From an uncultured Candidatus Saccharibacteria bacterium (GTDB lineage: Bacteria; Patescibacteriota; Dojkabacteria; SC72; JAFGCJ01), in assembly GCA_964481345.1 (NCBI GenBank), contig CAYZTC010000007.1, forward strand, positions 1 through 54,691: a DNA stretch of 54,691 bases, in the 5' to 3' direction. The first letter of the stretch is position 1. Every line of letters starts with the position of its first letter. The translations under genes and the position numbers were made by a program. Positions 8,832 through 17,515 of this stretch are shown here, in pieces. Under the pieces are notes generated by a model. The model ran no database searches, was not told the DNA's origin, and was given only the letters and a program-made list of their open reading frames with translations.

Positions 8832-9887
8832 ATGAAAAAGATGCTTCAAGAAGTAACTAAAAAACTTTTTGGAAAAAAGTGGATTCTGGTAGGCCTTGGT
8901 ATTACTTCTGTACTTGCTATTACCGGTGTATTTGTGTGGTTTGTTTATCCAACTTACTTTGGTCCAGCTGGTGGTGATGGTGAGGAGCCGGCTAAAGAGG
9001 AGGAGCTTGACTGTGATACCATACTTCTCAAGGAAGACTGGCAGACTTATACAGAAACTGATGGTTTTGGTTATACAATAAGATATCCGGCTGATTGGCA
9101 GGTCAGCGAGGAATTGTTCAGTGGGCATTCATATTGGAGAGCAGGGTTTGGTCCGGAAGGAAATATTTCTGAAACTGCAGCGGTATTTATAGGTGAGGCA
9201 AACTACCACACACTTGAAAATTACAGACATCTTTTATCGGATGGTACCTCACCTCCATATATACTTGGAGAAAGTGAAGATGTCATAGTTGATGGGGAAA
9301 ATGCTACTAGATTCTTTTTGGAGCTGGAGGGACTAGAGCAGTATAAGTATGTTTTATACTATGTTCCATATGAACAAATAGGAGTTAATAGGCTTTTTCA
9401 GGGAAATACCGAGGAGTCGATAAGGCGTGATTATTGTGAATCCGATGTTTTTTATACCATGATAGGCTCTTATGAATTTGGTCAAGAGTATGAGAAAGAA
9501 GATTGCGGTTTTAGTTTTCGATACCCCCTGGGCTGGGAGATTGAGAGTGATTATTATTATGAAACAGCTGGCGGAAGTGTAGCTACACTACCTACAATAC
9601 ACTTACGAGAAGTTGATGATGAAGAAACAAATGAATGGATAACAATTTATCCAAGACAGTCAGATTGTTATTATGTAGAATCTCCTGAAATCGAGGAAGA
9701 GTATATCAACGGATCTACAGTTACCTCTTATTACAATGAAACTCAAGGTGCTCGTTGTATTGAAGCAGATGTGTCAGTAAAAGATAAGAACGGTAAAAGC
9801 ACATCATTTGAGTGGATTTCCATGTCCTCAAGTGAAGAAACCCAAGAGATATTTAAGCAAATCGTTTATACCTTTGAAGTGTACTAG
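8832..9887 (+). CDS. Membrane-anchored hypothetical protein with two related modules
   Basis: The ORF is open from 8805, but ATG 8832 (MKKMLQEV...) directly precedes the TM helix WILVGLGITSVLAITGVFVWFVY. Two internal modules start with GFGYTIRYPADWQV and CGFSFRYPLGWEI. Confidence 0.5.
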   Translation: MKKMLQEVTKKLFGKKWILVGLGITSVLAITGVFVWFVYPTYFGPAGGDGEEPAKEEELDCDTILLKEDWQTYTETDGFGYTIRYPADWQVSEELFSGHSYWRAGFGPEGNISETAAVFIGEANYHTLENYRHLLSDGTSPPYILGESEDVIVDGENATRFFLELEGLEQYKYVLYYVPYEQIGVNRLFQGNTEESIRRDYCESDVFYTMIGSYEFGQEYEKEDCGFSFRYPLGWEIESDYYYETAGGSVATLPTIHLREVDDEETNEWITIYPRQSDCYYVESPEIEEEYINGSTVTSYYNETQGARCIEADVSVKDKNGKSTSFEWISMSSSEETQEIFKQIVYTFEVY

Positions 9888-10113
9888 TGTTTGGACGATT
9901 TTCATCCCTTCTGAACAGTTGTGTCTTGAAGTAAAACGATAAGTTTAATTGTTTGCACAAGGACCATTGGGATAACAAAAATGGCAGACGAGAGCCTACA
10001 TTTGGGAGCCGGACAAAAAACATTACTACTTAAAGTCCAAGCTAAAGTTTACATCCCACCTCTAGTCTTTCAGCAATCATCTACCGCTATACTTTTAACT
10101 TATTTATTTCTTC

Positions 10114-10142
10114 TTGTCAATAGGGTACTGATTGTTTATAAG
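10114..10142 (+). promoter_or_regulatory. Candidate sigma70-type promoter for the ABC transporter pair
   Basis: TTGTCA (10114-10119), a 17-nt spacer, then TATAAG (10137-10142). It lies about 30 nt upstream of ATG 10175. Confidence 0.3.
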
Positions 10143-10174
10143 GCAGCTTGCAATGTGTTATTATTACTTCTTGA

Positions 10175-10855
10175 TTGATGATAAAGATAAGAAATCTTAC
10201 AAAAATATATAAGATGGGAGGTGAAGAGATTCGGGCACTTGATAATGTTAACTTGGATATTGAAAAAGGTGAACTTATAGCATTAATCGGTCCTTCTGGA
10301 TCAGGAAAGTCTACCCTTATGAACATGATTGGCGCACTTGACTATCCAGATAAGGGAAAGATACACATTGAAGGAGATGATATTTCAAAGATGACGAGTT
10401 TTCAAAGAGCAGATTATCGAAATTCAAAAGTAGGTTTTATATTTCAGACTTTTAATCTTCAAGGACACTTGACTGCAATTGAAAATGTGGAAATTCCACT
10501 TGTATTTGCAGGTATTCGTCGAGGTTTAAGAAAACAGATGGCAATGGAATCTATGGAAAAGGTGGATTTAGCAGATAGAATAAAACATAAGCCAAGTGAA
10601 CTTTCTGGTGGTCAGCAGCAAAGAGTGTCAATTGCAAGGTCTCTTGTTAATAAGCCAGAAATTCTGTTGGCGGATGAACCGACTGGAAATATTGACTCAA
10701 AAACAGGATACAAAATAGTGAAGCTGCTTAGCCAATTGAATAAAGAAGATAAAGTAACGGTCATTATGGTTACCCATAATGAAAAGCATGCAAAGTTTGC
10801 TGATAAAGTCTATCACATGATAGATGGAAAAATTATTAAAGGTAAAAAGAAATGA
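10175..10855 (+). CDS. ABC transporter ATP-binding protein (MacB/LolD/FtsE-like)
   Basis: 226 aa. Walker A GPSGSGKST, Q-loop, signature LSGGQQQRV, Walker B ILLADEPTGNID, H-loop VTHN. Confidence 0.9.
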   Translation: MMIKIRNLTKIYKMGGEEIRALDNVNLDIEKGELIALIGPSGSGKSTLMNMIGALDYPDKGKIHIEGDDISKMTSFQRADYRNSKVGFIFQTFNLQGHLTAIENVEIPLVFAGIRRGLRKQMAMESMEKVDLADRIKHKPSELSGGQQQRVSIARSLVNKPEILLADEPTGNIDSKTGYKIVKLLSQLNKEDKVTVIMVTHNEKHAKFADKVYHMIDGKIIKGKKK

Positions 10856-12204
10856 GATTTTGGGATGTAATTACAGTTTCATTAAGAAATCTTTGGAGAC
10901 AGAAAATGAGAAGTCTTCTGACAATTCTGTCAGTCATTGTGGGTGCGTTCTTGATAACAATAATGCTTTCTGTAGGGCAAGGACTTGAGGACTTTCTGTT
11001 AAGTCAGGTGACAACATTTTCAAGTGAAGAATCCATCTCGGTAAGTAAGAAACTTGGTATGGCTGGTATGTTTGGAATAGGTGGAGAACCACAGGAATAT
11101 GAGGAAACTGAACAAAATGACTTTACGGATAGCAGTCAGATGTTTGAGCAAAGGTTGTTAGGTCAAGATGATCTTGAAAAGGTGAGGAATGTAGATGGTG
11201 TTAAAGACGCTGGTTTCCAGATTATTATATCTTCTGACTATATTCAACTTTTAGAAGAGGATAGCAAGAAGTTTAATATCAACCTATATGGATTTCCGCC
11301 TGCACTTTCCCAAAATGTTAAGTATTTTGATGTAGATTATGATCTACTAGATGAAGAAAACAGTATTGTCCTTTCTGGAGATTATGCAGAATCATGGGAT
11401 CTCTCTAACGATGAAATAGTTGGAAAAAATATAAATATTCAGATATCCAAAGAGATTCAAGTTCCAGGTTCATCTGAAGAAACAAAACTTTTCGATTTTG
11501 TTGTTGCGGGTGTGACGGAAAAGAGTCTAGTAGGTCAGATGGGAATGATAGGTACAGATACAGCATATGAGATTGGTGCATATAGAAAAGGAATTTCAGT
11601 GGAGGAGTATGAAGATCAACTAAAGGAATTCGAGATAGCTGTCCTTGTAGAAAGTGCTGATTTCGTGGATGAAGTTGACAAGGACTTGGAGGAACTAGAT
11701 TACAGGTCAATTACATTGGAAGAAGCTATCGGTCAAATTGGAGTGGTATTTGACATTATTGGATATGTTCTCAGTGGATTTGGAGGGATTGCATTGTTCG
11801 TTGCATCCATAGGTATTGCAAATACTTTGCTTATGGCAATATATGAAAGGACAAAAGAGATTGGTGTGATGATGGCAGTAGGAGCCAAAAGAGTATTTAT
11901 TGGAATAATGTTTACATTCGAAGGTGCACTTCTTGGTTTTATCGGTGGAATATTTGGACTCTTAGCAAGCTGGGGCTTTGGTAGGCTTGCAAACACTGTT
12001 TTACATAACGGGATTATGTTTGGAGATACTCAGGTACTGGAAGCATACCTTGCAGACTATCCGACATTCGATGTTTCGATAATTTCCTCGTCTTTGGTTG
12101 GACTTGTCATTGTCACAACGACGATGGTTGCATGGATTGCAAGTTTGTACCCGGCCTGGAAAGCTTCAAGACTTGACCCAATCACAGCACTGAGGCACGA
12201 CTAG
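10852..12204 (+). CDS. ABC transporter permease, FtsX/MacB type with large periplasmic domain
   Basis: 450 aa. N-terminal TM, a ~270-aa extracytoplasmic domain, then a C-terminal FtsX-like 3-TM bundle (ERTKEIGVMMAVGAKR). ATGA overlap with the ATPase gene. Confidence 0.85.
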   Translation: MRFWDVITVSLRNLWRQKMRSLLTILSVIVGAFLITIMLSVGQGLEDFLLSQVTTFSSEESISVSKKLGMAGMFGIGGEPQEYEETEQNDFTDSSQMFEQRLLGQDDLEKVRNVDGVKDAGFQIIISSDYIQLLEEDSKKFNINLYGFPPALSQNVKYFDVDYDLLDEENSIVLSGDYAESWDLSNDEIVGKNINIQISKEIQVPGSSEETKLFDFVVAGVTEKSLVGQMGMIGTDTAYEIGAYRKGISVEEYEDQLKEFEIAVLVESADFVDEVDKDLEELDYRSITLEEAIGQIGVVFDIIGYVLSGFGGIALFVASIGIANTLLMAIYERTKEIGVMMAVGAKRVFIGIMFTFEGALLGFIGGIFGLLASWGFGRLANTVLHNGIMFGDTQVLEAYLADYPTFDVSIISSSLVGLVIVTTTMVAWIASLYPAWKASRLDPITALRHD

Positions 12205-12242
12205 TGAGAGTAATGAGAAATGAGTAGTGAGTAATGAGAAAG
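12205..12242. repeat. Left repeat array (GAGTAATGAG / GAGTAGTGAG units) flanking the four-helix-bundle gene
   Basis: GTGAGAGTAATGAGAAATGAGTAGTGAGTAATGAGAAAG. Its reverse complement shares CTCATTACT and CACTACT units with the array at 12638-12715. Confidence 0.65.
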
Positions 12243-12252
12243 TTCTGTTGAT

Positions 12253-12597
12253 TTAACGACTATTGATTAACCCATATAGCATTTTTGAAATTTCCTCAAA
12301 TTGTGAAAGCATAGAAGATACTTTTTCATCGGTGATTACTCCTAGATCAATCAAGATTTCAAGAAGTGATACACATTCGTATGCAGATGCTCTTGCTATC
12401 GTGTAATAATTCTTTTGATCTTTGTGGGATGACTTACCGCTTCCTTCAGCAATGTTTATGACCATGCTAATAGATGCTCTTTTGAGTTGACTTTCTATAT
12501 ATTTATCTATGTTTCTGTTGTTTCTAATTAGTCTATATATTTTGGTGTTTAAAATCTTAGCTTTTTTATAAACAAGAAGATTTTGGAAATCATACAT
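12253..12597 (-). CDS. Four-helix-bundle protein (23S rRNA intervening-sequence protein family)
   Basis: 114 aa. The family pattern reads FQNLLVYKKAKILNTKIYRLI...QLKRASISMVINIAEGSGKSS.KDQKNYYTIARASAYECVSLLEIL. Confidence 0.75.
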   Translation of the reverse strand: MYDFQNLLVYKKAKILNTKIYRLIRNNRNIDKYIESQLKRASISMVINIAEGSGKSSHKDQKNYYTIARASAYECVSLLEILIDLGVITDEKVSSMLSQFEEISKMLYGLINSR

Positions 12598-12637
12598 ATT
12601 ATTATCTTAATGGATAAATGTTAATAAATAATGAATT

Positions 12638-12715
12638 TACTGAACTAGTTACTTATTACTGTGTACTCATTACTGTATACTCACTACTGTGTACTGTATA
12701 CTCATTACTGAACTA
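12638..12715. repeat. Right repeat array (TACTCATTACTG / TACTCACTACTG units), inverted relative to 12205-12242
   Basis: TTACTGAACT occurs at both ends (12638-12647 and 12706-12715). Degenerate ~13-nt units lie between them. Confidence 0.65.
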
Positions 12716-12762
12716 TAGTTTATTCTGTATAATGAAAAGGCAATAATTGTAACCATATTTAA

Positions 12763-14481
12763 ATGAAGTGGAGTAAGTATTTTCTAAAGACGGAACGGAA
12801 TGCCCCAAAATCTGCAACACTAGATTCTCACAAACTTCTTCATCGAGGAGGTTTCATTAGACAGATATCTACTGGAAGATATGCATTTTTGCCTATTGGA
12901 ATGAGAGTTAAAAGGAAGATAATTGATATTATCGCAGATGAACTATCAAAGATAGGTGCACAAAGAGTAGAACTTCCAATTATGCAGCCTATTGAGATTT
13001 GGGAAGTAACAAGTAGGGATAAAGTATGGGGAGATCAGATGATAGTTACGGAGGACCATTATGGAAGAAAATTTGCACTTAGTGCAACGGCTGAGTCACT
13101 CATGGCAGAAATCATAAAAGGGTTTAAGCCAAGCTATAAGGACCTTCCAATTAACATATATCAATTTTTACCAAAGTTTAGAGATGAGCTAAGACCTCGT
13201 GGAGGACTCATAAGGGCAAGAGAGTTTCTGATGATGGATGCATACAATTTTGAGGCTTCAGAGAAAGATTTCATGAAGACGTATGAGGATTACAAAAAGG
13301 CTTACACAAACATTTTTGCTAGATTAGGGCTGGATTCCATTGTGGTGGAAGCGGATAGTGGACCACTTGGTGGTGATTACTGTCATGAATTTATGGTAGA
13401 GGCTGAAGGTGGTGGAGATAGTTATGTTACCTGTGATAAATGTGATTACAAAGCAAACTTGGAAATGGCTGAGTTTGTTCCTGATTCTGTAAACATGGAC
13501 CAAGAGGAGAAAAAGATGGAGGTTGTAGACCAGCCTGAATGGGTTGATACCATGGAAAACAATAAAAAACATTATGGCAAGCCATTATCAAACTATCTAA
13601 AAAATGTTGTTTATATTGATGATAAAGATAGAATAATAATAGCTGTACTTCGTGGTGATTTAGAAGCAGACCCAGTAAAAATCTCAAGACTTCTAGGTGG
13701 TGTAGTCTTAAGATATGCTGAGGATAAAGATATTGAGAAGTTTGGGTCGAAGAGCGGATGGGTTCATTCCTGGGGTCATGATAAAGGAAGAAAGGATGTT
13801 GTTTATGTCGTTGATTCGTCTTTAAAGAACTCAAGAAATATGATTGGGGGGCAGAAGGAAAAGGAAAAGGATACTATCAATGTAAATTATGGGAGAGATT
13901 TTAAGCACAAGATTGAGGGTGACATTAGCATAGCATCTGATGGGTCAAGATGTGCTCGATGTAAAGAAGGTTATTTAAGAATAAAGAAATGTATAGAAGT
14001 TGGACATATTTTTAAGTACAATCATTATTATACTGAACCACACAAGTCCTACTTCATCGACAAAGATGGTAAAGAAAAACCTATGTGGATGGGTGCATAT
14101 GGGATAGGAATTGGTAGAGCTATGGCTACTATTGCTGAAGTACATCATGATAAAGATGGTATTATTTGGCCTAAATCGATAGCACCATTTTTAGTACATA
14201 TAGTTCCAGTAGATGAGACCAAGGATGTTATGAAAGTGGCAAGTGAGATATATGAGGAAATGAATAAAAAATATAAGGGAGAAGTGTTGTACGATGATAG
14301 AGAGGGGCTTTCAGCTGGTGTGAAATTTGCTGATGCGGATCTTTTGGGTATTCCTGTTAGAATTGTGGTAAGTAAAAAGAGTATTAAAGATGGAAAAATT
14401 GAAATCAAGATGAGAAATAGTAAAAAGTACGAGTTAATTGAGATTAAGGATAAAGAAAAGCTTTGGCGGTTACTTAAATAA
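12763..14481 (+). CDS. proS: Proline--tRNA ligase
   Basis: 572 aa. The bacterial-type ProRS N-terminus reads SHKLLHRGGFIRQISTGRYAFLPIGMRVKRKI. Class II core and C-terminal anticodon-binding domain are present. A TATAAT box lies at 12728-12733. Confidence 0.9.
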   Translation: MKWSKYFLKTERNAPKSATLDSHKLLHRGGFIRQISTGRYAFLPIGMRVKRKIIDIIADELSKIGAQRVELPIMQPIEIWEVTSRDKVWGDQMIVTEDHYGRKFALSATAESLMAEIIKGFKPSYKDLPINIYQFLPKFRDELRPRGGLIRAREFLMMDAYNFEASEKDFMKTYEDYKKAYTNIFARLGLDSIVVEADSGPLGGDYCHEFMVEAEGGGDSYVTCDKCDYKANLEMAEFVPDSVNMDQEEKKMEVVDQPEWVDTMENNKKHYGKPLSNYLKNVVYIDDKDRIIIAVLRGDLEADPVKISRLLGGVVLRYAEDKDIEKFGSKSGWVHSWGHDKGRKDVVYVVDSSLKNSRNMIGGQKEKEKDTINVNYGRDFKHKIEGDISIASDGSRCARCKEGYLRIKKCIEVGHIFKYNHYYTEPHKSYFIDKDGKEKPMWMGAYGIGIGRAMATIAEVHHDKDGIIWPKSIAPFLVHIVPVDETKDVMKVASEIYEEMNKKYKGEVLYDDREGLSAGVKFADADLLGIPVRIVVSKKSIKDGKIEIKMRNSKKYELIEIKDKEKLWRLLK

Positions 14482-14514
14482 TCGTCAGTTAGCTAATTTT
14501 TTCAAAATACAAAA

Positions 14515-15516
14515 ATGGAAAACAAAAAAAGAATTTTAACAGGTGATAGGCCAACTGGAAAGCTTCATCTTGGGCACTATGTAGGAACACTTCAAAACAG
14601 AGTAAAACTTCAAGATGAGTATGATGTGTTTTTGATCATTGCAGACTATCATTCAATTACTACTCAGCATGATCCTGAACATATCAAGAAACAAGGAGAG
14701 AATGTAAGACAACTTGTACTCGATTATATATCTTCAGGTATTGATCCCCAGAAAGTGACAATATATCTTCAGTCTTTGATTCCAGAAGTTGCTGAAATAT
14801 CACTATTATTTGGAATGATGGTGACGGTACCCAGGCTCGAGAGGGTTCCCACATTGAAAGATAAAATTAAAGAAACTAAATCTGGTATTCCATATTTTGG
14901 ACTGCTTGGATATCCAGTACTTCAGGCTGCAGATATCTTAGGTGCAAAAGGTGATTTAGTGCCTGTTGGAAAGGACCAAAAGTCTCATGTGGAGCTGTCA
15001 CGTGAAATTGCAGAGAAATTTAATAAATTATATGGTCAGGTTTTTCCTGTTCCAAAGGCATTAATTGGTGACATTGTACCTGGAATCGATGGAAAAGAAA
15101 AGATGGGTAAATCATTAGGAAATGCTATTTTTCTTGCGGATTCAAAAGATGAGGTTGAAAAAAAAGTGATGTCGATGTATACAGATCCGAAAAGAATTCA
15201 CTCTGATGATCCTGGTACCATAGAGGGAAATCCCGTGTTTGTATATCATGATGCATTTAATTCAAATAAAGCTGAGGTAAAAGATTTAGTGGAAAGATAT
15301 AAAAAGGGTAAGGTGGGAGATGTTGAGGTAAAAGAAAAACTTACTAAAGCATTGAATGACTTTCTTGACCCATTTAGGAAAAGAAGAGCAGGTTGGGAGG
15401 GAGACATGAAAAAGGTTGATGAGCTGATATTGAAAGGTACTGAAAAAGCAAGAAAGGTATTTAAACAGTCACTCTCTGAGATGAAAGAGGCGATGGGTTA
15501 CAATTATGTGAAGTAA
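14515..15516 (+). CDS. trpS: Tryptophan--tRNA ligase
   Basis: 333 aa. Class I HIGH-type motif TGDRPTGKLHLGHYVG and KMSKS-type motif KMGKSLGN. The size is typical of TrpRS. Confidence 0.85.
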   Translation: MENKKRILTGDRPTGKLHLGHYVGTLQNRVKLQDEYDVFLIIADYHSITTQHDPEHIKKQGENVRQLVLDYISSGIDPQKVTIYLQSLIPEVAEISLLFGMMVTVPRLERVPTLKDKIKETKSGIPYFGLLGYPVLQAADILGAKGDLVPVGKDQKSHVELSREIAEKFNKLYGQVFPVPKALIGDIVPGIDGKEKMGKSLGNAIFLADSKDEVEKKVMSMYTDPKRIHSDDPGTIEGNPVFVYHDAFNSNKAEVKDLVERYKKGKVGDVEVKEKLTKALNDFLDPFRKRRAGWEGDMKKVDELILKGTEKARKVFKQSLSEMKEAMGYNYVK

Positions 15517-15603
15517 ACTATTTACTTCGTTTCAATTTCGATTGTACCAACAACGATGTCTACGAGTGAAATGTCATCTTTAACCGACTCTTTATGTCAA
15601 GGT

Positions 15604-16242
15604 TTACAGCTCTTCTAGTTTTCCAGTATCAACATCTATCTTTGTTGTTCCTTCTGTTGATGCCATATCATTCTCCATATCGTACTCGATATATTCACTC
15701 GTTAGGTAGCTATCATCGTCGGCCCATTCTGGAGCAGTATATATTCTCATCAGATCTAGACTACTTACTGACTCGGTCATGTTTGTATCGTCATCATCTT
15801 TGAGGTCGTAGATATAGACATTATGGGGTGAAACCTCTGTAGTGTGATTTGTATATGAGATCATAGAACTATCGTTTGACCATACACAATTTTCGGCTAC
15901 CCCGACCTCTGTTACATCTGATCCGTCGATATGGGACCAGTACATCCATATAGGCGCAACAGTATGTCCCAGGAAACACATTTTGTCATCATCTGAGGAT
16001 TGAGATACCGCACTGAACCTTATAATATCTTCGTAGTCATCCTTATCTACTAATGTTATCTCTTTTCCGCTCGAGTATTGTTTTACTACGTTTCCATCTG
16101 ATATTGTAATTTCAGGATTAAAAAGAAAGTCCGATATTGTTTTTCTTGTCACTTGGAGATATGCAAAGGGTATCCCGATGACAACTACTAGTCCAAGTAG
16201 CCATGGTGCAAGTTTGCTAAGAAAAAAGGGTAACTTCTTCAT
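15604..16242 (-). CDS. Membrane-anchored hypothetical protein
   Basis: 212 aa. N-terminal TM (LAPWLLGLVVVIGIPFAYL) and an acidic beta-rich ectodomain. No family recognised. Confidence 0.45.
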   Translation of the reverse strand: MKKLPFFLSKLAPWLLGLVVVIGIPFAYLQVTRKTISDFLFNPEITISDGNVVKQYSSGKEITLVDKDDYEDIIRFSAVSQSSDDDKMCFLGHTVAPIWMYWSHIDGSDVTEVGVAENCVWSNDSSMISYTNHTTEVSPHNVYIYDLKDDDDTNMTESVSSLDLMRIYTAPEWADDDSYLTSEYIEYDMENDMASTEGTTKIDVDTGKLEEL

Positions 16243-16262
16243 GGTAGAAAATAATTAATAAG

Positions 16263-17408
16263 TTATTTATTTAATATATCATTTATTGTAATAAAATTCT
16301 CCTGATCTTCATGTCCAAGCCTCCAAATGGCGATTCCTGCTATTTCGTAATCGGTAACTATATTTAATCTCTCTTCTAGGGTTTCATGATCTGAGTAGTA
16401 AACGAAATGGTCATATCCATCTTTTTCGTATGTGAAGTATTTTTCCTTTTCGAAGGTCATTTCTGGTGTCACATTGTATGTACTTATTAGGTCAAGTACA
16501 TCGGTATATTCGAGAGCTGAAGCTTTTTCTCCGACCCAGTCATATCCGTAAAAATGTACACCTAGTAGTATTTTTTCCAGATTCATTACGGTGTTAGCGT
16601 AATCTAGGACATCTCTTATCCATGAGATTGGAGCAATCTCTCCTGATTCTGAAGTTGACCAATGATGGTCGTATGCCATGATATTTACAAAGTCAGAGTA
16701 TTGGCCAATAGCTTCCCAGTCTTGGGATTTTGTGCCATCCCATATTCCATTTTCTGATGTTTTTGCGTGCAGAGTGGTGATTAGAATCTTATTTTCCTGG
16801 CTCATTCTCAGTGAGAGTGACTGAACGAATGTAGAGAATGAGTCTTTGTCTTCTGGGTTCATACTTTCAAAGTCAAGCTGTATTCCATCGTATCCAAATG
16901 TGTCAATTAAATTCATTATATTGCTGATTGTATTTTCCTGTTTTGCCTGATCAGAAAATATTGAGCTTGTGATACTTGCTGTTTGACCGTTTGAAATAGT
17001 AGGGACGATTAATATATTGTTTTCCTTACATAAATCAATGAGATCTTGATTTTCACAGTTTGTAGTCTTCTTTATAGTTCCATGTTCGTTCAAGCTATAC
17101 CAAAATGGAATAACGGAGGTGAATAAATCAGGGTTTTCAGCGATAATGTTGTATGCTGAGCTTTGATCCCACCATACAACATTTGCGGCAACATGATAAT
17201 CTATTTTTTCCTCCTTCTGATTGTTATTTGAATCTTCATTTGATATTGATTCTCTTTGGTCGTTGGTGATTGAGTTGTCTACTTCTGTTGTAAATTCATC
17301 ATCAGAAGAGTCATTAATTAATGCATAAACGAAATATGATATGAGGGTTAGTAGAATCAGGGACATGAAGACTATTATGAAAGTGATTAATCTTGATTTC
17401 TTTTTCAT
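16263..17408 (-). CDS. Glycoside hydrolase family 18 (chitinase / peptidoglycan-hydrolase-like)
   Basis: 381 aa. N-terminal TM. GH18 catalytic motif DxxDxDxE is present as FGYDGIQLDFES. A downstream MAYDHHW motif is also present. Confidence 0.75.
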   Translation of the reverse strand: MKKKSRLITFIIVFMSLILLTLISYFVYALINDSSDDEFTTEVDNSITNDQRESISNEDSNNNQKEEKIDYHVAANVVWWDQSSAYNIIAENPDLFTSVIPFWYSLNEHGTIKKTTNCENQDLIDLCKENNILIVPTISNGQTASITSSIFSDQAKQENTISNIMNLIDTFGYDGIQLDFESMNPEDKDSFSTFVQSLSLRMSQENKILITTLHAKTSENGIWDGTKSQDWEAIGQYSDFVNIMAYDHHWSTSESGEIAPISWIRDVLDYANTVMNLEKILLGVHFYGYDWVGEKASALEYTDVLDLISTYNVTPEMTFEKEKYFTYEKDGYDHFVYYSDHETLEERLNIVTDYEIAGIAIWRLGHEDQENFITINDILNK

Positions 17409-17515
17409 ACGATTAAGTCATTCTATATTATTCAATTCTGGAAAGAAACATTCGGGACATGAGTTTTCTATTATGATATATTTGTAGTGTTAAATAAGTT
17501 AACGAAAATTATCTC

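Noticed and set aside
9888-10174. 287-bp intergenic region with a slightly GC-richer centre (GGCAGACGAGAGCCTACATTTGGGAGCCGGAC). I considered it as a riboswitch or small RNA. A 65-aa ORF (9981-10178) is also predicted here.
   Set aside because: I found no convincing stem architecture or known riboswitch core. GAGCC occurs as a direct repeat, not an inverted one. The ORF lacks an SD and looks random. I list only a weak promoter call there.
12638-12715. Short tandem repeats that could be mistaken for a mini CRISPR array.
   Set aside because: The units are ~13 nt, degenerate and contiguous with no unique spacers. No cas genes are present. They are better explained as one arm of an inverted-repeat pair around the four-helix-bundle gene.
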